This document shows positions 13,991-23,368 of a stretch of DNA of 64,000 bases, piece after piece. The first letter of the stretch is position 1, and each line of letters opens with the position of its first letter. Source of the DNA: Candidatus Fermentimicrarchaeum limneticum (GTDB taxonomy: Archaea > Micrarchaeota > Micrarchaeia > Burarchaeales > Fermentimicrarchaeaceae); the NCBI GenBank assembly GCA_013426015.1, contig CP058998.1:724071-788070 (forward strand), read 5' to 3'. The notes beneath the pieces were generated by a model that made no database searches, was not told the DNA's origin, and saw only the letters and a list, made by a program, of their open reading frames with translations. Position numbers and translations under genes: made by a program.

Positions 13991-15454
13991 TCACTCGATT
14001 TTGACATTCATCTTTTTCAGAATGTTCTCCATGTTTCCCTCGTTGTCGCCGGTGGATATGTCGCAGAGCAGCGCCATGTTCTTCACCAGTGCGCATGACG
14101 GGCCTTCTGGGGATTCGTTCGGACACAGCTTTCCCCAGTGTGTCCCATGCAGGTCCCTTGCCTTGAAGTGCGGGTGCCTCCTGCTGAGGGGGGAGATTAT
14201 CCTCCTCAGATGCGAGACGGTGGAAAGGTAGTTCGTCCTGTCAAGCAGCTGCGAGACACCTGTCTGGCCCGCAATCCAGTTGCCCGTTGCCATGGAATAC
14301 CTGATCCTCTCAGTCAAGGCATCTGGCCTGACCAACGTCTGAATCACAAGCTTCCTTCCCCTTGCAGAAGCCCTCTCAACCTGATAGGCAATATCCTTAA
14401 TCAGGAATTGGAATGCATACCTGAACAGCTCTTCCATCAGATTCCCCGCGAGCTTTATCCTCTTGTTGGCATAATGGTCCTTGTCATCTGAAACTGTCTT
14501 GTCATACGCAACGTCTATCGCCTTCTCAGTCATCTTGCAGAGGTAATACGCCTTTGCAAGCCTCAGGTTGGGATCAACTCCTATGTGGGGGAGTAGGTAG
14601 TTGTCCAGGAGTATTTCCGCTCTCTTCAACTGGTATACCTTAGCCTGGCCAACAGCTGCCTTCTTGCCAATTGCCTCCAGCGCATTCTGCGTGTTGGTCG
14701 TCTGGTCGATCTCCATGTTGAGGAGCAGGTCATTCTGCACTTCCAGTTCACTGGCGAATGAATTTAGTATTGTCTGGTTGGGATGCAGGCCAAGCGCCCT
14801 CAGGACAGTAATGAGGTTCAGATCCTTGGGAGCAGCCGGGAACACCACTCTCAGCTCGCCATTCGTGGTTCTCTCGACAACACACCTTGCCCTGAAACCG
14901 AAGCGCGTTGAGAACACTTTTGAAGTGACAAGCGCTCCGTCCTTCTCCTTTGATACCATTATCCTGTTGGGAGCAAGGTCCTCTATGCTTACTAGGACCC
15001 TCTCACTTCCGTTTATCACGAAGTAACCGCCGGGGTCATTCGGGTCCTCTCCTGCCTCAATCAGCTCATCATCTGTCATGTTATCCAGATGGCACAGTTT
15101 TGATTTCAACATTACCGGCAGCTCGCCTATGAATACTTCCTGTGGGTATCTCCTCTCCACCCCGCCGATTATCTGTATGAATTCAAGGAAGACCGGTGCG
15201 GCGTACGTAAGGTTCCTCAGCCTCGCCTCTGCAGGGAGTATCTGCCTCCTGGAACCGTCAGCTTCAACTATTGCGGGCTTGTCCAGCCTCACCGCACCGA
15301 ATTTCAGCTTGTAGTTCTCGACATTCGGCTCTATTGCACCTATGCTGTTTATTATGTTCTGAATTCCGGATTCAACGAACTTGTTATACGAGTCCAGGTG
15401 CTGCAGGACTAGTTTATTATCCCTGAAATACTCGTCTACCAAGTCCCATTTCAT
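13991..15454 (-). CDS. rpoB2: DNA-directed RNA polymerase subunit B'' (N-terminal half of split RpoB)
   Basis: 487 aa, RpoB N-terminal domains; immediately upstream of rpoB'. Confidence 0.93.
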   Translation of the reverse strand: MKWDLVDEYFRDNKLVLQHLDSYNKFVESGIQNIINSIGAIEPNVENYKLKFGAVRLDKPAIVEADGSRRQILPAEARLRNLTYAAPVFLEFIQIIGGVERRYPQEVFIGELPVMLKSKLCHLDNMTDDELIEAGEDPNDPGGYFVINGSERVLVSIEDLAPNRIMVSKEKDGALVTSKVFSTRFGFRARCVVERTTNGELRVVFPAAPKDLNLITVLRALGLHPNQTILNSFASELEVQNDLLLNMEIDQTTNTQNALEAIGKKAAVGQAKVYQLKRAEILLDNYLLPHIGVDPNLRLAKAYYLCKMTEKAIDVAYDKTVSDDKDHYANKRIKLAGNLMEELFRYAFQFLIKDIAYQVERASARGRKLVIQTLVRPDALTERIRYSMATGNWIAGQTGVSQLLDRTNYLSTVSHLRRIISPLSRRHPHFKARDLHGTHWGKLCPNESPEGPSCALVKNMALLCDISTGDNEGNMENILKKMNVKIE

Positions 15455-15470
15455 ATTATCCCTTCAAAAA

Positions 15471-15707
15471 CTACTTCACAACTAGGCGGTAGTAAGTGTT
15501 CTCCCTTGTGGGATCCTTCCTAGTTATCTTTATTATGTCACCCACTTTCGCATCAAGCAGCTTCACCTGCGGGTCTGTAATTTTTATCTTCGGAAGCTTG
15601 TTTTCGTCCACTCCGAGAGATGAGAGCAGTTCCTCACGTCTGGATTTTGCCAGAACGTCGTGCTTCGGAACAAGAAAATGAGATAGACGAAAATCGGCAA
15701 GACCCAA
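15471..15707 (-). CDS. rpoH: DNA-directed RNA polymerase subunit H
   Basis: 78 aa, ...HFLVPKH... Rpb5-like; first gene of rpoH-B-A cluster; non-ATG start in ORF track. Confidence 0.85.
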   Translation of the reverse strand: MGLADFRLSHFLVPKHDVLAKSRREELLSSLGVDENKLPKIKITDPQVKLLDAKVGDIIKITRKDPTRENTYYRLVVK

Positions 15708-16044
15708 TCTACCACCTAACCAGAGCAGAGTTAACCTAGTATTTAGGTCGCCAAGCTTTTTAAAGTTATCGTTAGAAAAGCTACGCTAACAGCACTCTAC
15801 GGAAAATGAACACCTTTTCTACTCAAGCTTCAACCTTTTGTTTTGGAGTTTAGTTGCTCCTTGTATGTGACATGCCCACTTTCGTAGGCTTCCTGCTTCA
15901 TTGACGCTGCCTCTGCAGTATCTCTCTCCGTTTCGGAATTGCAGGCGTTACTTCCCGAGTGCCCCTCGGTAGTGAGTGTGATTTGCTCGAGGATGTATTT
16001 AAAGATAACTACGATAGATGACGAGTGTTATTTTTTATAGCTGA

Positions 16045-16401
16045 GTGTCCACAATGAATGCGATGGAGAAAGAGATTAAGAAAGAGGATGCTGTCAATAC
16101 AAAAACCAACCGCTACTCATTTAAGGACGAGAGGTACTTCTACTATCTTGTAAAGAATAGGTTTCATGAGGAGGAGCTGGAAGCTTGGATGGAGATAGGG
16201 AAGGAGATTAAGGAGAAGGGAAGCATAAGCAGGGTTGACGCCGAATTGATATTTCTTGAAAAGGTTAAGGATGACCCTGAAACTCTGAAGAGGAACTTCC
16301 CGAAAAGAATGAAGTATCTGGCAGAGAATAATGCTTTAGAGGAAAAGCCTTCTTGGGAGATGATCCCGAAGAAGAAGCTGATGAAGCTCAGGCTGGACTG
16401 A
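16045..16401 (+). CDS. Hypothetical small charged protein
   Basis: 118-aa ORF (GTG at 16045, ATG at 16054), Lys/Glu-rich, no recognisable motif. Confidence 0.4.
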   Translation: MSTMNAMEKEIKKEDAVNTKTNRYSFKDERYFYYLVKNRFHEEELEAWMEIGKEIKEKGSISRVDAELIFLEKVKDDPETLKRNFPKRMKYLAENNALEEKPSWEMIPKKKLMKLRLD

Positions 16402-16409
16402 TTTTAAAA

Positions 16410-16527
16410 CGCCGGGGGCGGGATTCGAACCCACGAGGACCTTTTGGGCCCAACAGCTTAGCAGGCTGCCGCCATTTAGTGCCGTACTCCTTTTTTAGAA
16501 GTTAGGGAACCACTAGGCGACCCCGGC
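16410..16527 (-). tRNA. tRNA-Ser (anticodon GCU) with ~32-nt intron inside the D-loop region
   Basis: Hand-fold: acceptor GCCGGGG/CCCCGGC+G73, anticodon arm GCAGC-CTGCTAA-GCTGT, long variable arm (GGGCC/GGTCC), T-arm GTGGG-TTCGAAT-CCCGC; 118 nt. Confidence 0.7.
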
Positions 16528-16553
16528 AGGTTGCAATATTATTTGTGCGTTGT

Positions 16554-16566
16554 ATTTAAATAAAAT
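16554..16566 (-). promoter_or_regulatory. TATA-box-like element upstream of tRNA-Ser(GCU)
   Basis: TTTATTTAAATA ~27-35 bp upstream of tRNA 5' end. Confidence 0.35.
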
Positions 16567-16676
16567 GATGTGCATAAATTTAGTGGTGGAGAATGGAAGT
16601 CACTGTAAAGGAAGCAGAAGAATTTAAAGTGTCCAAAGCAGTGATAGACCGAAACTAGCCACTATTATACTATAGT

Positions 16677-16980
16677 GCGGTGAGCTTCACCGGAATTGAT
16701 GGGGGCCCTCTCGCCCGGTTGTTCAGACATGGGCTGGACTTTGTGGCTTGCTAGCATGGACAATTCCACCCAGAGAGCGGATGCTCCCGTGATTTGTGTT
16801 TAGGGTTGCTCCTTCCGGCCTGGCCCGGTTCCCACGACCTTCCATCCAGCAAGGCAAAGCTTCAACGCTTGCGCCTGAGCCGAAGTGAGATGGCTCGAAC
16901 CTCTTCCAGCTTTTCGGTCTCACCGTGAAGGGGGTTTGTGATTACAGGAGACCCCTAACCTCCCGACCTATCTCACCGCA
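16677..16980 (-). ncRNA. Signal recognition particle RNA (7S/SRP RNA)
   Basis: Minus-strand CAGGCCGGAAGGAGCAACCCUAA resembles the conserved SRP RNA helix-8 motif; 5' GCGGUGAG pairs with 3' CUCACCGC; ~300 nt; no ORF. Confidence 0.6.
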
Positions 16981-17001
16981 GTTAGTATTATTCCTCGGAA
17001 G

Positions 17002-17010
17002 TTTAAATAG
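17002..17010 (-). promoter_or_regulatory. TATA-box-like element upstream of SRP RNA
   Basis: CTATTTAAAC ~25 bp upstream of inferred SRP RNA 5' end. Confidence 0.35.
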
Positions 17011-17070
17011 CTATTCGAAAGAAAAATAAGTCTCAAGAACGACGGCAGAAGTTCAAAAATAGGGAAAGGC

Positions 17071-17079
17071 TTTTAAATA
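17071..17079 (+). promoter_or_regulatory. TATA-box-like element upstream of the L3 ribosomal protein operon
   Basis: TTTTAAATA ~80 bp upstream of rpl3 ATG. Confidence 0.3.
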
Positions 17080-17157
17080 TCTCCTGCATAAGATTATTCC
17101 ACTCTTTTCTATGACTGAAGTCTGGGGTTTCCCGGCCCCCGTTCTAGAGGTCTTATT

Positions 17158-18147
17158 ATGGGAAAAGTGATTAAGCCAAGAAGCGGGTCTCGCGCGTTCA
17201 GACCGAGGAAAAGGGCGAGCAGGCAAAACGCTCGCATCACTAGCTGGCCGGAGTTTGAGGAGACAAAGCTTCTGGGTTTTGCAGGCTTTAAGGCAGGCAT
17301 GACGCACATCATCATGGTTGACGATTACGAGGGTTCACCGACAAAGGGTCACGAGGTTTCTGTGCCTGTGACTGTGGTTGAGACCCCTTCTCTTCTTGTT
17401 CTTGGTCTGAGGGCTTATTCTTCTGATGTTTACGGCCTGAAGTCTTTTTCTGATGTCTACGCGAACAACATCGACAAAAAAATTGCGGAGAGAATAAACC
17501 TCAAGAAGAATAATTTTGATGAAGTGATGAAGAAGGTTGAGGGAACTATTGATGCAATAAAGGACGTGAGGGTTCTGGCGCTTACTTCTCCTGAGAGGAC
17601 TGGTTTTGGAAGGAAGAATCCTGATGTGGTTGAGATTGCGGTCGGTGGAAAAACTCCAAAAGAGAAGTGGGAGTTCTGCAAGAGCATTCTCGGCAAGGAA
17701 GTCAAAGTGAGTGAAGTTTTCAGCGATGGCGAGTATGTTGATGCAATAAGCGTGACAAAGGGAAAAGGATGGCAGGGGGCAGTGAAGAGATTCGGAGTTC
17801 ACCTGCAGAGAAGGAAGGCAACAGGGAGGAGGAGGCACGTCGGCACGCTAGGCCCGTGGCATCCTGCTAGGGTGATGTACACCACCCCGATGGCGGGGCA
17901 GATGGGCTACCACAAGAGGACCGAGCTCAACAAGAGGATATTGAAAATCGGCGGGAAGGACGAGGCAAACCCAAAGGGGGGCTTCCTGAACTATGGAGTT
18001 GTGATGAACGACTGCGTACTCATAAAGGGTTCTGTCGGAGGCCCTTGCAAGAGGATGATAAAGCTGAGGAAGAGTATAAGAAAGAGCGTGAAGCCGGCAA
18101 AGCTGGAGATAAAATACATCTCGAAGAATTCAAAACAGGGTGCTTGA
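17158..18147 (+). CDS. rpl3: 50S ribosomal protein L3
   Basis: FAGFKAGMTHI... uL3 signature. Confidence 0.95.
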   Translation: MGKVIKPRSGSRAFRPRKRASRQNARITSWPEFEETKLLGFAGFKAGMTHIIMVDDYEGSPTKGHEVSVPVTVVETPSLLVLGLRAYSSDVYGLKSFSDVYANNIDKKIAERINLKKNNFDEVMKKVEGTIDAIKDVRVLALTSPERTGFGRKNPDVVEIAVGGKTPKEKWEFCKSILGKEVKVSEVFSDGEYVDAISVTKGKGWQGAVKRFGVHLQRRKATGRRRHVGTLGPWHPARVMYTTPMAGQMGYHKRTELNKRILKIGGKDEANPKGGFLNYGVVMNDCVLIKGSVGGPCKRMIKLRKSIRKSVKPAKLEIKYISKNSKQGA

Positions 18148-18148
18148 A

Positions 18149-18943
18149 ATGAAAGCTCACGTTTACTCAATTGACGGCAATCAGATGGAGGAGATAGAAC
18201 TGCCGCAGCATTTCAGCGAGGAGATAAGGGAGGAAGTGATAAGGAGGGCTGTGCTTGCCGAGCAGAGCAGGAAGTACCAGCCAAAGGGAGCGTTCAAGCT
18301 TGCAGGTTTGCAGACCAGTGCGGAGTATAGAGGCAGGAAGGAGGCATATGGAACCATAAAGAATAAAGGTATCTCAAGGCTGCCCAGGGAGAAGTTTCCC
18401 AAAGGAAGGTTCGGCAGAGTGAGGATAGTGCCGTTCTCAGCAAAAGGAAGGAGGGCCCACCCGCCCAACCCGAATGAGGTTCTGGTTGAGAGGATAAACA
18501 AGAAGGAGTACGAGAAGGCGATGAGGAGCGCCATAGCCGCAACTGCAAGGAAGGAGATTGTTGAGGCAAGAGGCCACAGGGTGAAGGGAGTGAAGGAGGT
18601 TCCGCTCATCGTTGAGAACAGGTTTGAGGAGCTTGACAAGACCAAGAATGTTCTTGCATGCCTCAAAGCTCTTGGAGTTGAGGACGAGCTTGAGAGGGCG
18701 AGGAGAAAGAAGAAAGTGAGCGGCGTCAGGGAGGGAAGGAAAGGCGGAAACATCAGACCAAAATCACTGCTCATAGTTGTTGGAAATGGAAGCAAGGTTG
18801 CGAGGGCGGCAAGGAACCTTGCTGGTGTTGACGTGAGAGGAGTTAATGACTTGGATGTGAGTTCGCTTGCTCCAGGAACGCACATGGGAAGATTGACCCT
18901 GTGGAGCAAGAGGGCTATTGAGGAACTTGGGAAGGTGAAATGA
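18149..18943 (+). CDS. rpl4: 50S ribosomal protein L4
   Basis: uL4 (L1e-type); ATG at 18149 (ORF track starts at GTG 18140). Confidence 0.93.
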   Translation: MKAHVYSIDGNQMEEIELPQHFSEEIREEVIRRAVLAEQSRKYQPKGAFKLAGLQTSAEYRGRKEAYGTIKNKGISRLPREKFPKGRFGRVRIVPFSAKGRRAHPPNPNEVLVERINKKEYEKAMRSAIAATARKEIVEARGHRVKGVKEVPLIVENRFEELDKTKNVLACLKALGVEDELERARRKKKVSGVREGRKGGNIRPKSLLIVVGNGSKVARAARNLAGVDVRGVNDLDVSSLAPGTHMGRLTLWSKRAIEELGKVK

Positions 18944-19191
18944 TGGTTTTGATTCACCCGATTGCAACGGAAAAGGCAATTGCGCTGATAGAGAAGGAGA
19001 ACAAGATGGTTTTCATAGTTGAGAAGAATTCAACCAAGAAGGAAATTGCTGACGAGGTTGAGAAGTCCTACGGTGTCAAGGTTGAGAAAGTGAACGTCCT
19101 TGTAACCGCAGACGGGAGGAAGAAGGCGTACGTGAAGCTGCAGAAAGGCTTTTCTGCAGATGAGCTCGCAGCCAAGTTGAAGATTATTTAG
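18940..19191 (+). CDS. rpl23: 50S ribosomal protein L23
   Basis: 83 aa uL23; 4-nt overlap with rpl4. Confidence 0.93.
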   Translation: MMVLIHPIATEKAIALIEKENKMVFIVEKNSTKKEIADEVEKSYGVKVEKVNVLVTADGRKKAYVKLQKGFSADELAAKLKII

Positions 19192-19200
19192 GTGGGATGA

Positions 19201-19956
19201 ATGGGAAAGAAACTTATACAGCAGAGACTTGGAAAGGGCTCTCCCAGTTTCAGGAGGCCATCAAGCAGATGCAAGGCTGATGTCGAGTACAGAAGTCTTG
19301 ATGAGTTCGAGAAGAGCGGGAAATTGAGCGGAGAGGTAATAGGCTTTGTTGATGATCCTGCAAGAAGTGCATTGCTCATGGAAGTCAAATTTGAGAACAA
19401 CGAGAGCAACATGCTCATAGCGCCAGAGGGCGCCATGATTGGAGATAGGATAGAAGTTGGAGCAGTGGCAGAGGTGCGAGCTGGAAATGTTCTCCCCCTA
19501 AACTCAATTCCAGATGGAATGCCAGTTTACGACATTGAGATAACTCCTGGAGATGGAGGCAAACTCGTTAGGAGCAGCGGAACTACTGCATTTGTTGTTT
19601 CTCATGAGGAAAGGCTTGTAACGGTTAGACTTCCTTCAAAGAAGCTGAAGGTGCTTGATGGAAGGTGCAGAGCAGAGGTAGGGGTGATATGCGGAGGGGG
19701 CAGGCTGGAGAAACCTTTCCTGAAGGCCGGCAAGAGGTTCTATGCAATGGGTGCAATGAACAGAAGATGGCCCAATGTGAGAGGTGTTGCAATGAACCCA
19801 TACAACCATCCATTTGGAGGAAAGGAGCACCACAAGGGAAGACCTTCCCCGGTTTCAAGAAGCACTCCGCCAGGAAGAAAGGTTGGGCATCTAGCCTCAA
19901 GGAGGACTGGAAGGAGAAGGGGAAAGAGCAGCGAGGATAGAGGTACGGGTGAGTAG
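19201..19956 (+). CDS. rpl2: 50S ribosomal protein L2
   Basis: uL2 motifs (...GRNxxG..., NPYNHPFGGKEHH). Confidence 0.95.
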   Translation: MGKKLIQQRLGKGSPSFRRPSSRCKADVEYRSLDEFEKSGKLSGEVIGFVDDPARSALLMEVKFENNESNMLIAPEGAMIGDRIEVGAVAEVRAGNVLPLNSIPDGMPVYDIEITPGDGGKLVRSSGTTAFVVSHEERLVTVRLPSKKLKVLDGRCRAEVGVICGGGRLEKPFLKAGKRFYAMGAMNRRWPNVRGVAMNPYNHPFGGKEHHKGRPSPVSRSTPPGRKVGHLASRRTGRRRGKSSEDRGTGE

Positions 19957-20352
19957 ATGGCGAAGAAGGTTCAATACAGAGGAAAGACTCTTGAGGATTT
20001 GAGGCAACTGACTGCTGACGAATTCTCAAAGCTACTCAAGTCAAGGGCGAGGAGAGCGCTGCGAAGAGCTTCAGTGCGCTACAGGAATCTGCTTGAGAAG
20101 GTGAAGAAAGTCGGGGGAGGGGAGAAGAACGACAAGGTTATAAAGACGCACGTGAGAGACGCAGTCATCCTGCCGGACTGGGTTGGTTTGAAATTTGGAG
20201 TTCATAATGGTAAAGAATTCAAACCTGTGGAGATAAAGATGGAGATGATAGGGCACAGACTTGGTGAGTTCTCCCACACTACGGGAAGAGTTGCTCACTC
20301 AGGTCCAGGAGTGGGAGCAACAAGAGGTTCCAAGTTTATACCATTGAAGTAA
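19957..20352 (+). CDS. rps19: 30S ribosomal protein S19
   Basis: uS19 sequence and operon position. Confidence 0.93.
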   Translation: MAKKVQYRGKTLEDLRQLTADEFSKLLKSRARRALRRASVRYRNLLEKVKKVGGGEKNDKVIKTHVRDAVILPDWVGLKFGVHNGKEFKPVEIKMEMIGHRLGEFSHTTGRVAHSGPGVGATRGSKFIPLK

Positions 20353-20358
20353 GGTGCG

Positions 20359-20805
20359 ATGATGAAGTACAGTTACCAATTCAAGGAAGGGGTTCGTGCG
20401 GCTAGGGCACAGGGGCATGATGTTGATGCATCATTCAAAGACTTAAGCCAGGTGTGTAGGAGCATAAATGGCAAGGAAATCTCAAAAGCAGTGCAATTGC
20501 TTGAGAGCGCAAAGCTTGGCGAGATTCCAATACTGTTCAAAAAATTCAACAAGAAGTGCGGCCACAGGAAGGAGCTCGGCGGAAGGAGGGGAAGGTATCC
20601 CAAGAAGAGCGCAAGGTTGGTTCTTGAGGTGCTGAGGAATGCGATGGCAAACGCGCGCAATATCGGGCTTGGCGAGAAGCTCGTTGTGAGGCACGCTTCT
20701 GCAAACAAGCAGAACATCTACCCGAGGATTGCATCTAAGGGAAGGGCGATGCGGGCGAATTACGAAACAGCCAAACTGGAGATAGTGCTTGAGGAGTTGA
20801 AGTGA
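20359..20805 (+). CDS. rpl22: 50S ribosomal protein L22
   Basis: uL22 sequence and operon position. Confidence 0.93.
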   Translation: MMKYSYQFKEGVRAARAQGHDVDASFKDLSQVCRSINGKEISKAVQLLESAKLGEIPILFKKFNKKCGHRKELGGRRGRYPKKSARLVLEVLRNAMANARNIGLGEKLVVRHASANKQNIYPRIASKGRAMRANYETAKLEIVLEELK

Positions 20806-20806
20806 T

Positions 20807-21475
20807 ATGGCAGTTGAAAGAAAATTCATAGAGGATTCAATAAGCAGGTACAAGCTTGCCAAGTACCTGGAGAAGGAGCTGGACAGGGCAGGCTTCTCCA
20901 AGGTGGAGATACAGAGGACTCCGATGGTGACTAGGATAAACGTTGACGTGACAAAGCCGGGCAAGGTGATAGGCAGGAAAGGGAAGACAATAAAGGATCT
21001 GACGGAATTCATACAGAATAACTTCGGAGTGGATAATCCGCAGATAAGCGTCTCTGAAGTGACTAATGAAAACCTAGAGCCGAGGCTTGTTGCAAAGAGG
21101 GTTGTGAGGTCGATAGAGAGAGGAGGGAATGTCAGAAGAATACTGCACTTTACGCTCAAAACGATAATGGATACGGGCGCTATGGGAGCTGAGATAATCG
21201 CAAGTGGAAAAATTGCCGCAAAGGGAGCGAGGGCGAGGCGCCTCAGGGTGGGGGCAGGATACCTGCCCAAGTCCGGCGAGCCTTCAAGACTTGTGAGGGT
21301 TGCCCATGTTACCGCATACCCGAAATTCGGTGCGATTGGTGTGCGGGTGAAGATAGTTCCCCCGGGAACAGTATTCCCAGACAAGGAGAAGGCGAAGCCC
21401 GTGGAGCTTCCGAGAGTGATAAAGGAGGCTGCCGCGGAAGAGAGTGAGGTAGATGGCGGTAGTGAGAGTAAGTGA
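20807..21475 (+). CDS. rps3: 30S ribosomal protein S3
   Basis: KH domain GRKGKTIKDL; uS3. Confidence 0.95.
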   Translation: MAVERKFIEDSISRYKLAKYLEKELDRAGFSKVEIQRTPMVTRINVDVTKPGKVIGRKGKTIKDLTEFIQNNFGVDNPQISVSEVTNENLEPRLVAKRVVRSIERGGNVRRILHFTLKTIMDTGAMGAEIIASGKIAAKGARARRLRVGAGYLPKSGEPSRLVRVAHVTAYPKFGAIGVRVKIVPPGTVFPDKEKAKPVELPRVIKEAAAEESEVDGGSESK

Positions 21476-21659
21476 ACTTAGGCAGATGGACGCAGAAATG
21501 CTGAAGGGCAAGCTAGCTGAGCTAAGGAACGAGCTGAGGGTGGACAAGGGACATATTGCAGGAGGAGGTAAAGCTACAAACCCCGGCAGGATTAAGGAGA
21601 TGAGGAGAAGCATCGCGAGGATATTGACGATTCTTAAGGAGAAAGGAGTCAAAATTTGA
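21453..21659 (+). CDS. rpl29: 50S ribosomal protein L29
   Basis: 68 aa uL29, overlaps rps3 3' end. Confidence 0.9.
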   Translation: MAVVRVSELRQMDAEMLKGKLAELRNELRVDKGHIAGGGKATNPGRIKEMRRSIARILTILKEKGVKI

Positions 21660-21677
21660 TAGAGGTGAGAGATTAAG

Positions 21678-21983
21678 ATGGGAGAGATATGCCACAAGTG
21701 CGGGCTTCCGAAGGAGATATGCGCGTGCGAAGCCCTTGAGAGAGAGGGAGCTAAGAGGATAAAGGTCTACAGCACGAAGAAGAAGTTCGGCAAGCTTGTG
21801 ACATTAATCGAAGGGTTGGAGGAAAGCGAGCTGGACAAGATAACGAAAGAGCTGAAGAGGGGTCTTGCCTGCGGAGGAACGTCAAAGGATGGCATCATCT
21901 TCCTGCAGGGCGAGCACAGGGAAAAGATTAAGGGGTTGCTTAAGAGGATGGGATACCCGGAAGATAGTATAGATGTGGTATAA
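21678..21983 (+). CDS. Translation initiation factor SUI1 (aSUI1/eIF1 homologue)
   Basis: CxxC...CxC Zn-ribbon then SUI1 domain (LACGGTSKDGIIFLQGEHREKI). Confidence 0.9.
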   Translation: MGEICHKCGLPKEICACEALEREGAKRIKVYSTKKKFGKLVTLIEGLEESELDKITKELKRGLACGGTSKDGIIFLQGEHREKIKGLLKRMGYPEDSIDVV

Positions 21984-22273
21984 TGATTGACGCTAACAAC
22001 ATATTGATTCATGAATTCATTGGATTGGAAGTTGAGGTAGCAAAGAGTACATGCAAGAATCTTATAGGCAAGAAGGGAAAGGTTGTAGATGAGACAAAGA
22101 ATACGATTGAAATAGAGAGGGCAGGTGTCACAAAGGTAATTCCCAAGAGAATGAGCACGTTCAGATTCCATTTGCCAAGCGGGGGCAGCGTTGATGTTGA
22201 TGGAAAAACAATTGGATACAAACCTGAGGATAGACCCAGGAGATTGTTGAAATACGTCAAGAAGGTGGGATGA
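21983..22273 (+). CDS. rnp1: Ribonuclease P protein component 1 (Rpp29/Pop4)
   Basis: HEFIGLEVEV...GKKGKVVDETKNTIEI Rpp29 signature; conserved position between L29 and S17. Confidence 0.88.
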   Translation: MIDANNILIHEFIGLEVEVAKSTCKNLIGKKGKVVDETKNTIEIERAGVTKVIPKRMSTFRFHLPSGGSVDVDGKTIGYKPEDRPRRLLKYVKKVG

Positions 22274-22578
22274 TGGCCGAATGTAAGGATGAGAAATGTT
22301 TCAGGCATGGAAGTGTCAAAATCAGAGGAGGCACTCTGGAGGGATTGGTCGTGAGCGACAAAGGGAAGAGGACTGTAATAGTGGAGAGGCCTCTGACGAA
22401 ATTCATCCCGAAATACCAGAGATCCGCAAGGACACACTCCAAGGTTGCAGCACATAACCCGGACTGCATCGGTGCAAAGGAAGGGGATCTTGTGAGAATT
22501 GCTGAGTGCAGGAAGCTGAGCAGGACAAAGGCATGGAGCGTTGTTGAGGTAATAAAGAAAGCCGAGAGGGGTAGTTGA
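22270..22578 (+). CDS. rps17: 30S ribosomal protein S17
   Basis: uS17 sequence and position. Confidence 0.93.
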   Translation: MMAECKDEKCFRHGSVKIRGGTLEGLVVSDKGKRTVIVERPLTKFIPKYQRSARTHSKVAAHNPDCIGAKEGDLVRIAECRKLSRTKAWSVVEVIKKAERGS

Positions 22579-22579
22579 A

Positions 22580-22978
22580 ATGAGAGGGTTACAGAGCAGG
22601 GTAACAAAGGGGCTGACCATAGGCTCACGTATGCTGTGTGATGACAACAGCGGGGCGAAAATTGTTCAGATAATAGGAGTGAAGGGAAGTCATTCAAAGA
22701 GAACAAGGACTCCTTCGGTGGGAATAGGTGACATAGTGATAGTTGCAGTTAAGAAAGGTGTTCCGCAGATGAAGAAGAAGGTTGAGAAGGCAGTCATAAT
22801 ACGCCAGAGGAGAAGCTTCAGGAGGGCTGGCGGAACGAGGGTTGAATTTGAGGATAACGCAGCTGTGCTTATAGATGACCAGGGTCTTCCAAAAGGAACC
22901 GAGATAAAAGGTGCGATAGCGAGGGAAGTCGTTGACAGGTTTCCGAAAGTTGCTGGCATAGCCAGTGCGGTGGTATGA
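22580..22978 (+). CDS. rpl14: 50S ribosomal protein L14
   Basis: uL14 sequence. Confidence 0.95.
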   Translation: MRGLQSRVTKGLTIGSRMLCDDNSGAKIVQIIGVKGSHSKRTRTPSVGIGDIVIVAVKKGVPQMKKKVEKAVIIRQRRSFRRAGGTRVEFEDNAAVLIDDQGLPKGTEIKGAIAREVVDRFPKVAGIASAVV

Positions 22979-23358
22979 TGGGTCTCACCTCTTCAAAACA
23001 GCCAAGAAAGCAGAGAAAGGCTAGATATGAAGCTCCCATGCACATGAAGCAGCATTTCATGGCAGTCCACCTTGCAAAGGAGCTGAGGGAGAGGCTGAAA
23101 ACAAAAAGAAGAAGCCTGCTGGTGAGGGAAGGAGACAAAGTGAAAATCATGCGGGGGGAATTCGGCGGGCATAGTGGCAAAGTTGCAAGGGTTGATATGA
23201 AGAGGGGGAAGGTTTACGTTGAGGGAATTGTCAGGAAAAGGGGGAAGGGAGGGGAGTCCCTTGTTCCAATTGAACCTTCAAAGCTCTTGATGGTTGATGC
23301 TAACGTATCCGACAAGATGAGAGGAAGGATACTTGAGAGGTCAAAGAAGATTGAGTGA
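22975..23358 (+). CDS. rpl24: 50S ribosomal protein L24
   Basis: uL24 KOW domain. Confidence 0.93.
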   Translation: MMGLTSSKQPRKQRKARYEAPMHMKQHFMAVHLAKELRERLKTKRRSLLVREGDKVKIMRGEFGGHSGKVARVDMKRGKVYVEGIVRKRGKGGESLVPIEPSKLLMVDANVSDKMRGRILERSKKIE

Positions 23359-23368
23359 GGTAGGTCGA

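Noticed and set aside
16677-16980. RNase P RNA at this locus
   Set aside because: The helix-8-like GGCCGGAAGGAGCAACC motif and terminal pairing fit SRP RNA better; no RNase P conserved regions recognised.
18181-18957. 258-aa minus-strand ORF overlapping rpl4
   Set aside because: Antisense to a ribosomal protein gene; Ser/Leu-rich low-complexity translation.
20482-21384. 300-aa minus-strand ORF overlapping rpl22/rps3
   Set aside because: Antisense shadow of conserved ribosomal protein genes.
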